64,000 nucleotides of DNA from Takakia lepidozioides (Eukaryota > Plantae > Bryophyta): positions 37,386,001 through 37,450,000 of the forward strand of contig CM060732.1 in NCBI GenBank assembly GCA_030704615.1, read 5' to 3'. This document shows, in pieces, positions 46,719-57,196 of the stretch (its first letter is position 1; each line of letters starts with the position of its first letter). The notes under the pieces are model-generated. The model saw only the letters and a list, made by a program, of their open reading frames with translations, was not told the origin of the DNA and made no database searches. Position numbers and translations under genes: made by a program.

Positions 46719-49700
46719 ATGGAGGTGGTGACCTTCACAATTATAGTGGATGACATTGTCTACCCTGATGGCCATTCCGCCATGGCCTGCCTTGGTGGTG
46801 GAGGTCAGTGTGTTAATCTCTTAATATTTGCGTCTTTGCGGAGGAGAGAGCGCTGGGGGTGTATGTAAACTAGAAACAGGCTGGCAGTTGCACCCGCACG
46901 AAGCTCTGGTTTTGTTGGAAGGAGATATGCTGTAGATCTAGATTGTGTTCATGCTTAATTGTTGGAATGTGGTTGGGTCTTTTGCCGTTTCTATGGCCTC
47001 TGGGTTGTTGATCACCAGAGATGGGGCGTGGATGCAATGCAGGGCCGCAGACTGCCTTTGGAGCAAAGCTTTGGTTTTCGGATGATGAGAGGTTTATTCC
47101 ATCTTTTCCTGTCGATTGTCTCTTTGGATCTCCATACTTCCCTGTTTCCAGTCCTTGACATGGGGGAGGACATCATGGATGACCTTAAGGGTCTACCCAC
47201 TCTCGGCACTAGACTGAAATTTAAACTCGGGGCGGGAAGCCTTCCTTTGAACAGCAAACAGAAGCAGAGAGGAAAGGGAGAGTGCAATTGCCCGTTGTGT
47301 GGGCAACCTGAAGACAATATTCATTTTCTGATTCATTGTCCGGGGTTCCCTCACTAGAGAGACGCCCTCTTCAAATCTATCAAGGGAATCGTGCCCGTAC
47401 CTCTGTTTACCAACTTTGAAAGTCTCGAGGCTGAGCCAAAAGCCCAGGCCCTTTTGGGGCCTAGTTATTGGGCAAACCACACACAGCAGGGTGATGCTTG
47501 TGTAAAGGGATTTCTAGAGGATATCTGGAAAACCCGGATCAATTGTTTATTCCAAGGTAAGTCTTACTACCGGCGTCAGCCCCTGACAAAGGTAGGTTCA
47601 GTCCCTTTGTGTTCCGCTCAAACTGGGCGCGGCAAGGTCTTATGAGTACACTCTTTTGGTCTCAATTCAAAGTTCAGTCCCTTTCAGACGACCATCTGGG
47701 CGGCCCTTTCTATCATTTCAGACTGATCCGGTATTGCGCCAAGTGTATTTTTCTAAGAAATCACAGCAGCTTGGAAGTGTAATGTAGCAGTAGCTGCATA
47801 CATTCCAGCACATCTTTCTAGCACTATATTTTGGTTTGTGTATGTTCAGGGTTGGGCTAGCGGCTGGAATAGGAGCGGACTTTCCTGCAGCTTGTAGGGC
47901 CTGGCTGGAAGATATGGGTATTGACGCAGAGGGACTTTTACAATGGCCTTTATCGACACTCAGAGCCTGGCAGGTCAGGTGAGTTAAATGTGCTCATTCT
48001 TGTCCATGATCTAGGATGTCGTTTAGTTGTCTCTCTGTGCATCTTCTTTTTGCTTTTGAACCATGCCCTTCAGAAAAAATTAGAGTATTTAGAGGTACAA
48101 GCCCCTCTTGCCCCTTAAGACCGACCTTCTCTGAACACTGCAAAATATGCCCTCAATTTAAAAGCAAGTGGAAAATGAAGGACAACTTGTTCAGCAGGAG
48201 AAAAGGTACCAGAAGTCCAGCACAAATCATCGAATGACATACTAAACATTGACTCTGATTTCTCAACGAGAGAGGGGTTCTGAGATGGATTACTAATGGT
48301 GGGCTTATGCGGCAGATACTGGAGGAAGATGGGCGACGCACACAGGTTTGGATTCCCCATTCTTCATTTCTTCCAGTCTCATTGAAGATCTGTATTTTCT
48401 TTATGCAAAAATGAAACTTGCAACCTCGACCCACTCATCGAGGTTACACAGATTACAACCACCTCAAGCAACCAATTATGGGTTTGTTTTAGGCTCTTGT
48501 TTAAATTACTGTCTCTCTCTCTTGCAAATATTAAGAATTATATTTGTCTCGTTTCATGAACAAGCAGGTTTGGAGGGTAGCGGTGGGAGATGAGGTCTGG
48601 GACATGCTGCGGCCTTCTATTAGTGCACTCCCTGCACCCTACCAGTAAACCTCTTAACACCATTTTCGTGAGCTTCCTCAACCTAGAGAACCCTTGGGTG
48701 TGGGAACTATCCATGACTTGCAATGGATCATTGCCTACTCCCTCTCATTTGAAGCATTATGTCAGGTCGACATGCCAGTATTTTGATACTGGAGCTTCCA
48801 TTGGAGGTGGCGGGCCGCTTTGATGTGCAATAGATATTTCTGGACATGCCAAGCAGCCAAGTTACATCGGATTGGATCCAAAACGTGAAGAGCTTTGTTT
48901 CATCGACAGTATGGATGCAGGATATGTGAGCTAAGGTCGTGTGTTCAAGGTGTAAATGTATTCTCTCTGATAATGGTCACTGTAAGGATATCCAACAGTC
49001 ACTGAGGCCAATCCTCCTGGCAATTGTTGCAGCACGACTATACACTGACAACCCAGCGTTAACTCAACCAATCTTCCTGCAGACAAAAGATTAGGCAAGG
49101 ACTTTGGCTTCAAGGATTTGAAGAGGTGATTAACGTCACCATATGTTTTTGTGGGCAAGAGCAGGAAGGCAAAGGCGTACCATGCTGGGGTGCACCCTAG
49201 TGGACGCGACATAGAGTTCATTCACAGCCTCAGAAATACCGGTGCTGAGGTTGTGAGCATCGAAGTCTACACTCATGCTGAAGACATCGTGACACGATCT
49301 GAGCTTCAGTACAGATTTAACTCTCACCTCATGTTCTGCAACCGTTGAGAGAGACAGAGAGGGAAAGTAAGTGACCTTGAAAACAGAGGAGGAAGGACAG
49401 ATACAAAGACTTGGAACATGATATTTTAGTACAGTGGTTAGAACTTGGGCATACCAGATGACCATCATAACACTGAATCCAAAGTGATTAAACTCTGTCA
49501 CAGGGGGTTGGTTTCTGCAGGCCACATTTTCTCCCCAAATGAGAAGGAGGCTATCTCTTTGGTGGGTCCTGGCCCTCCTTTGGAATTGATAGAACGACTT
49601 GCAGAGCTTGGTGCTGAGGTAAGAACCCTGGACTTGCTCAGTATTGTTCTACTCCACTCACAAGCACACCCTTGGGACATTGGAAGGGATTATTTGAAGT

Positions 49701-51284
49701 GACAGGATGTGAATTAATGTAGCATTTTTCATTGATTTTGTTGATGCTTGCAGATTGTGGTATTGAGGCGGGGAGCCTTGGGCTGCATTGTGCACAGGCA
49801 ATCGTTTAACCTAACCTATCTTTCTGTGCCAAGTCATTGTTATGCGTACGAGATTGGGTAAATGGAAAATCCTTTCTTGAAATGATATCATGAACTGACT
49901 AGGATTTGATTATGTCAATTACCAGGACTGATACCAGAGAGACTTGGTATGTGCCGGCATTCCACTCTCTGTTTCTCTCGGCTGGGGGCACTGATTGCCA
50001 GGGGCAAAATGCAATACAACGCCAAGGTGTTCAGGGAGTGAACATCAAAGAGATACTGGATCCGACGGGCTGCGGCAACACGTTTTGTGGGGGTTTTCTG
50101 GCGGGCTGGTATAAGACTCACAATCTCTTGACAGCAGCTCTCTGGGGTAGCATTTCGGCCAGTTTCAGTAAGTCCCTCTTTCTCTTTCTCTTCCTCGTTT
50201 TTAAGGGAGAAAGGGTCTGAACTCACAAAAGCTCGAACACAACCTTGGCAAGTGAAGAGAAGCCACTGTCAGGGCCAGGGACAAATAAACACACGTACAT
50301 CAGGGGAGACTGGTCGAGCTCTCTCTTTCCCTGTCTCTCTCTCTCTGCAGTGCCCAATCTGGGCGAGAGGTCTATGGCCAGAAGGCTCTAGGAAGTGTGT
50401 GATGAGTACATTCTCTGCATTGTGGCTGGGATTACCACTGCATCAGTAGTGCAGGAATCAACACACTGGTTTCATGATGTTAATGCCAGCCCTCTGCTGT
50501 GAGGGCTGCTGCTGTGCCCTGGGAACTCCAGGCTGAGATGTACACACTCGTAGATCGTTTGATGCCCGTGGGGAGTTCTGCATCAATGTGAATATTGGTG
50601 GCATTGGTCAATAACTAACTTCACCATATATCTCTCTGTATTTGCCATGCTGGTATGTAAGTAGGTGAGTATGTTCTCCATGTTCAAACACTGAAGCTAA
50701 TAGGATCATTAATGGAGCTCATTGTCTCACACTCTGCGGATTACCATTGTTGAGTAAATAAATGTAGCACTTCTGGTAGGAGGAGTTGCATCTTGTTTGG
50801 GACAATCAGCATGGTTAGAAGACATAAGTGAACTTTGGCGATCTCCTCAAGATGCACTGGAACTATGCCACGCCTGCGAGTCATGGATGAACTATCATAA
50901 TATTCTGGTGCTGAAGTCTGTTCATTGCACGGGGGACTCGCCCACCCATTAGCCCTCTTGTTTTGTACAGAGATTGTCAGGCCTGTTTGAGGGCTTGGTC
51001 TTGAATTCAGTGCAGGGGCCCCTGTAATATTGTGTATCAAGTGCAACATGGTTGGGTTTATGTTGCTTTTGAGAGGCCAATGGGCTGGGCAAATTGGTAC
51101 TTCCTCTCTGCATTTCTCTCCCTTTCCTCACCCCCTGTAAATCATGTCATGAATGGAAGTGGTGCTTGATGCAGTGCTGGAGTATGAGGGAGTACCAGCC
51201 CCTTCAATATGTCAATGGAGGGCTGAGGCGCAATTGCGTCTTGACCTTCTTAAACCACATGCAAAGCAACTTTCCTTCGTGTGA
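46719..51284 (+). CDS. PfkB/ribokinase-family carbohydrate kinase-like protein, spliced
   Basis: MEVVTFTIIVDDIVYPDG..LGGG; exons ~47850 (GIGADFP), ~48316, ~48568, ~49165, ~49504 (FSPNEKE), 49754-49797, 49926-50167 (DPTGCGNTFCGGF) and 51175-51284. Small early exon(s) unresolved. Confidence 0.85.
47020..47650 (+). mobile_element. 3' fragment of a non-LTR retrotransposon in a PfkB intron
   Basis: RLKFKLG..CPLCGQPEDNIHFLIHCP..IWKTR, a C-terminal zinc-finger typical of LINE ORF2. Confidence 0.65.
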
Positions 51285-52789
51285 TTCATGCGGACGTTCC
51301 ATTGACACCAACATTTTATGGGGAGTGCATTGGAGGAGGGGGCGTCCCGTGTCTTTCTACTACTGTACTCAAACAGGATGACAGTGTTGTGCAAATGGTG
51401 AGCAGAGCCTATTTTGCAAAGGTGGCAAAAACAGCCCAAATTATGCATGCTTTGACCCTCTTGGTCCAAGACCGAAATGTACTACAGAATTCTTGCCAAT
51501 CTAACTGATGTATGTGCTGATGAAGTCTCAAAAAGTATTCATTATACTGTGCTAGCTAGTGTCGTGATTGAAAGATGAGTGCAGAAACATGACATTCTTT
51601 CACTGTTGAGTAGATACTGACATGATTGTTTGGAACCATTCACTTCAACTTCAGTTGGTCCTTCATTTAAGTACTGTGAACTGAATAAGAGACCACACTT
51701 CAGATCTTGGTGAAGATTGTGACAACAATGGCTGGTCAAGATGTGCGACCATGCTGCATAGAGAAGTTTCATTACAACTCAACTTGGCAGCGTTAAAGAG
51801 TGTTGAGGTGCACTGAGGGAGATGTCAGGCTATAGATTGGGTCATTGCACTCCAAATACGTTAGGCAAGAGTTTGTATCAAGAAACAAGTGGAAATTGTG
51901 GATGAACCAAACAGGGGATGATACCAGTGGTGAAGATGGTTTGTGCAAGTCCAATCCGGAAACCCAATGCAAGTTTGAATGCATAGCAAACCTCTATTTG
52001 TGCTCCCACATGATTGTGACTAGACATAGCACAAAGACAAGGCTGAAAATGAATTGTTACCTTGAAAATAAATTCAATGTGGCACTTCCAACCACAAATC
52101 TGCTGGTGGATACCAAGTTTGGCGATCTATTTGGACCGCTTGGTGCTCTCTTCGGAATCACCTTTCGCAAACCAAACCAGATAGTTTCGAGGAAGTCCTC
52201 AGACAACGTTTATTTGGTAACTTCAATCGTGACTCAGAAGCGGTGGGCCTTTTGGTAGTCCGTGGGGTTCTCTCATTTACTTCACTTCTGGGATGAAGTG
52301 GCTGAGACCCTGATCTCCCCTGCTGCAGCGGCGTATAATGGTCTTACCACCGGGAGAGTCACTTTGGGTTGGGACACGGTTATCGGAACCTGCTTCCGTG
52401 GTGGTCTCGCCTTGTATCCCAGCCTCACAAGTCTTGCGCACATGACCGAAAAAACGGGGCTGATCCGTTGGAAAAGTGGGCTGATCTGCCCCCCTTCCCC
52501 GCGCTGATAGCGATATTCACCCAACGCGATTCGCTCAGCCTCCAAGCTGATCCGCCGGATAAAAGTAGATGAAAAAAAATAACCTTTCAGATGAAAAACA
52601 AAAGTGATTTTTCATGTTAAAACAGATGTTAGCTTGATCTTTGCCGTGCACACATCATACTCAACAGTACGGAAGTGCACGAAGTACACGACATGGAAGC
52701 TTCCCTACCTTAAGCATGGAGAGGGTGTGTAACAAATGCTCAAGGGGGTGGCATATGGGATGCTTGACACCGCCACTTGAGGAGGTTTA

Positions 52790-53077
52790 GGGTGAAATAG
52801 TCTCAGTCATACACTTTAGTCATTTGCATGTCTTTGCAATTGCACTTTAGAACATATCAACATCACTCATATCCTACCTATGTGTCTTCAGAATCATCTC
52901 TTTGAGTTTTTCTGTAGATATTTGAAGTTTTTTTCGGAGCATATAACCGGCCTTCCTAAAAACTTTTTAGTCTGTACTGAGTTACTATTGCACCCGGTGC
53001 ATTCGCGCAATTTGTTGTACAGCTATATTTATAATTCCAATCTTTTGTAGACCCTAAACCCTAAACCCTAAACCCTA
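52790..53077 (+). mobile_element. 5'-truncated diverged copy of family X ending in (CCCTAAA)3.7
   Basis: GTGAAATAG..CCTAAAACTT..TTGCACCCGGTGCAT aligns with X; telomeric repeats at 53052-53077. Confidence 0.7.
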
Positions 53078-53450
53078 GACTCTACGAGTTGCTTCAGCAA
53101 GTCCCGGAGCTTCGGTTTCTTTTTCGAGCGATGATTTGTTGGAGGAATCCGCGAAAGCTGAGTTCATTCCTAGTTAAATCTAGAATGATAGGATGATTTT
53201 GTAGTGCAAATGTCCCTAGCATTATTAATTTTGCCTCTTTGATAGCCCTAGTATTGATGTTAAAGTCAAAGGGTTCCAACAATTAATTTGGATAATTGAC
53301 TAATTAATGTAGTCTTCACTTGGAGGCTAAATTAGTGCTTTAGTGGCATTATTATTGCCTTGGGAATTATCCCATATCGTTTGCACATAGTGAGGGTGCT
53401 TTTCTAGTATATAAGGATAGGCTTGGCTCTTAGGACTTCATCTCTTGGTG

Positions 53451-53493
53451 TTCCACTGGTGAGCTTGAGCAATCAAGCGAAACTTGTTTGGGA
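53451..53493 (+). ncRNA. variant minimal type I hammerhead (core A6G, GUU triplet)
   Basis: UUCCA-CUGGUGA-GCUUGA(GCAA)UCAAGC-GAAA-CUUG-UU/UGGGA; stem II differs from X but pairing is preserved. Confidence 0.75.
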
Positions 53494-54345
53494 ATAAAAC
53501 ACCTTAACTCTTTTTGTGTCTCCACACTTAGAGAAGTCGAGAGTTTAGTCCTTGCCCGCCCAGGCAACTTGGATCGAAAGAATGCTCGGCTCCAAAGGGA
53601 ATCCCAACCCTTGGATATTTCTGAGGCTTTTTTTCTTTCCGAAGCACGGGCGTATAGAGCCTTCCGTTTGGCGCCATCTTAGCCACCACTTACAATGGGG
53701 AAGGTGGTTGGGGATATATGGTAGTTGTGTCAGGCAAGCTAATTTAGCCCCGACTACACGGTTCCCCTGTCATACGCCCGATGGTCGGAGAGAAGGGACT
53801 TGGTTGATCCTCCCTCGAGTTCATCTCGAGCGATCAGAGGATTATGGGCATGCGCAAGCCTATGCCGACCTAACCTTCTCGTCGATGACCTTATGCGGTA
53901 ATCCCTCCCATTCTTCCTTAGAGGTACGAACCTCTTTTTGAAGGTGGGGCATATAAGTTTTCCAACTAGGGGTTGAGACTTGACCCTATGTTTGTGAGTG
54001 CCTTGAGCGCATGCTTGCCCATAGTGAGCAAGATTTTTTGTCGCTAAACAAGGAGAAGCAAACATAAAAAAGCTTACGGTTGGAGCGAAAGTGCCTCATT
54101 CTTAAATTAGAGAACCTTATCTCATGAGGGCGGGAGTCCTTGCATAAGACATAATAGTCTTATAGCATCCCTTTAGGCACGATAGGCGCACTTTGTATGC
54201 ATTTGTCTTGGTTTCCATTGCATTTGTATTTGGGTCCGAACCGGCCCCCCTTAAAATTTACTGTGTATTTTTTCATTATTTTTTCTACTTTTTGTTACCT
54301 TTGCAAGCCTTTGTTGACCACCCTAAACCCTAAATTCTTTTTTCC

Positions 54346-54929
54346 ATGGCGGAACTAGCATGTAACAAACATCCATGTCCTAGCTTAGGCGTTGGCCTTT
54401 TTCATGCATCCGCATCTTCTTCTTCTAGCATGGATATCTCCATTCCTCCCCCTTTGCTTGCATTTGTGCATACATCGGTCAAGGAATTCAAAAGTCTTAG
54501 GCATGAGCATGAAAAGACTTCCAAGTACCTTCAAAAATTGCGAGTGCAATTCGAAGAAGGCACCATACCCAACTCCCTTAGAATGAGTCCTCCTAAACTT
54601 CAAATATGAGATCCTGAGGCCCAATCCGTCCTTGATGCGAGCCTGGCCGAATGCACAACCGCATATCAGATCAAGTGCTTTGAAGCACTCATCAAAGCCC
54701 AAGAATCTCGACTTGCTAGCTTGACCCACAAGCTCGAGCAATCGAAACCGGTCTTTGAGACTCGCCTCTCGGATTTGATTTCGCCTTTACGATCCTTAAA
54801 TTTGATAGGTGACAAGTCTAAGTCTTCCATTGAGTTGTGGCATCTTCATCGGCATCTTCATCTTAACAATCTCTTTGTTGCTCATGTAGATGCATTTCTC
54901 ATTCACAAACAACTTTCCGACGTCAGCAA
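54346..54929 (+). pseudogene. truncated ORF resembling the N-terminal/ORF1 region of Penelope-like elements
   Basis: About 195 codons with one in-frame TGA (54607); YLQKLRVQFEEGTIPNSLR followed by a helical/coiled-coil-like stretch; cut by telomeric repeats at 54930. Confidence 0.45.
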
Positions 54930-56170
54930 GGGTTTAGGGTTTAGGGTTCAGGGTTCACATAAAGTGTCAAAACAAATATAGCAGTACAACGCGGATGCAC
55001 CGGGTGCAAAATAAACACAATCCGTGCAAACAAGTTTTAGGGGGGGCAGTTATGCACCCCTGGAAAAATTTCAAATCCTGTGGATCAAACCTGAAAGGAG
55101 AGATCCTGAGAGACAAGAAACTATAATAGAAGTATGCGAGGTGTCCTGAAATGCAACTGCAAACCTATGCAAGAGGCAAAAGTGCATATGAGAACTATTT
55201 CACTAGATGCACAAGAGAATAGAACCCTATCTCTGTTTTGCAAGAGAATGGACACACTAAGAACAACTTAGATGCAGATCTCACATGCGCTATTCGAGAG
55301 GGAGTTTATGGCGTGCACTATCGTATAGACACAGAGCACATAACAATGCAATGATCTAAAGCAGGAGATACAAACGCATCTAAAACTCGACAACTTCGAA
55401 AAACTCAACAACTTCAAAGGGTGAGACCACGAGGCAAGATCATGCAAAGTAGTGAAGCCAAATCTTTATAAACCCCAGACTAGTTTCGCTCAGCACGTGA
55501 GCTCATTAGTGGGAAAAAAAAGGAATGAAATACAAACCCCACCCCCCGCTTATATACTACTAGGATTGAACTGCCTCGTGAGGACAAACTTCCAGTGGAT
55601 GTCTCACGAGGAGAAAAACCAACCAACAAATGTCTCGTATGGAGAAAATCGTTCAAAAAGTCTCGGTGGGAGAAAGTCATCTAGTGGATGAAAACAAGTT
55701 CTCGACAAGAGAGAACCAGATCCAAAGAATAAAAATCAACCAAATAGTCAATTGTATATATCTCAAATACAACTAACTCTGTGAATTTATAACCATGCAA
55801 CAATCAATTATGTTGAAGTTAGAGCATGTTGTGCAAAGTCGTAAGGGCTGAAACCACTTCGAAAAGAACGCAAAACTCGTAAGAGCTTTGCACACGCAGA
55901 CCATCGCGCAACCATCGTCTTGCTAAAGCCTGCAGCTGTGTTGTCCTGAACGTGTCCAACCACGATCCCCACCTTCCGACCTCCAAGAAGAAACACGGCT
56001 CGGTCTTCATATTGTTGCCTCATCAAATGAATGAGCACCTTGGTCAAAAGAATGAAGATCAATATTTGCCTCCATTACGTGAAGGTGATTAAAGATGTGT
56101 TGCAGCTAACACTGTAAGAAAGTTTAGGGTTCACAAAAAGTGTCAAAACAAATGTAGCAATACAACGGGG
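54930..56170 (-). mobile_element. full unit (+~45 nt) of family X with telomeric repeats at the left junction
   Basis: High similarity to 23177-24375; GGGTTCAC..AAAGTGTCAAAACAAAT recurs at 54951 and 56127 (1176 bp period). Confidence 0.9.
55473..55514 (-). ncRNA. hammerhead ribozyme copy with G5A core mutation (predicted inactive)
   Basis: Identical to 23711-23752 except CUGAUGA to CUAAUGA (position 55507). Confidence 0.85.
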
Positions 56171-57196
56171 ATAAACGAGCTGTTGCGGCGAGCTGCTGCG
56201 GTGCTGCTGCGGCTGCCAACGGCGCGAGTTCCCGCCATTGCAGGGCGTCTCTCCCCCGTTCACCACGGCTCTCTATCTCTTCAGCTCGTTTAGATCGCGC
56301 CTCTACGCGGCGTTCCTACCACACAGCGGAGAGATAGATCAGCCCGTGCTTAGGGCAAGAAAGCAAGAGAGAAAGTGAGGGAGGAGGCGGTGCTTACCTT
56401 GGGCGTTGGGGCAAACTCCTTGGGGCTTTGCGACCACCTCGGGCTCAGCAGCAGGTGCGTTTCTCCTCCACCCTAAACCCCACTCTCTGAACTACCTCTC
56501 TCGCAAAGAACAAACGAAAACGGGAGGGGAAAGAGGTGCTTCAAGCACTTAGGGGGAAAAAAAAAAGGGCACGACGCCTATGTGCGACGCCCGGCCGTCG
56601 CACGCCTGCGCCCTTTTTTTTTTTTGAAATGTAAAAATGGTATTTGCGACGGCGGGCCGTCGCTGCTTGCGACCCCCGACCCCATAAATAAAAAAACATG
56701 TCGCCCCCCGCGACGGCTTTTCTTCGCGGGGTACGACCCCCAGGTAAAAAATTTAAAAAAAATGCGTCGCCAAATGCGATGCGAGGGTGTCGCAGGAGGC
56801 AACGGTCGGCCTTTCTGGTCTTAGGGTTTAGGGCCTTTTGGGGTTCTTAGTTTTTATTTTTATTTTGTTTTTTTTCATATGGTACTGGGTTAGGGTGTTT
56901 GCTTTTCTTTATGGTGCTGGGTTTTGGATTGTGTGACTTTGGTTGTGGGTCTTGGGGTTGAAAGGATAAACGGTGTAATTGGGATTCATATACCCAAAAT
57001 GTGGTTCAATATGATAAGTGCAAAGCACTGGGTCTCAACAAATTTTTCCATGGTGTGGGCATCCTGAAGATAGAACGTGAGGAAGGATTTATTGTATTGG
57101 GCTCTCTAGCACCATAGGGATGCTCCGCCTTTGGTTACCAATTTTGAAAGCCCCGAGGCTAAAGCATAGGGTTTTTTCGCCAACGGTTTTTGAGAA

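Larger units (their letters stand above)
53078..54929 (+). mobile_element. family Y: Penelope-like element 5' portion (TATA, hammerhead, telomeric motif, ORF start)
   Basis: Same order of motifs as X (TATA 53408, hammerhead 53451, CCCCCCTTAAAA ~54245, CCCTAAACCCTAAA 54321-54334), followed by an ORF at 54346. Confidence 0.6.

Noticed and set aside
56460-56835. Telomeric motifs as further X junctions (also ~60590)
   Set aside because: Only 1-2 repeats with no adjacent X/Y sequence.
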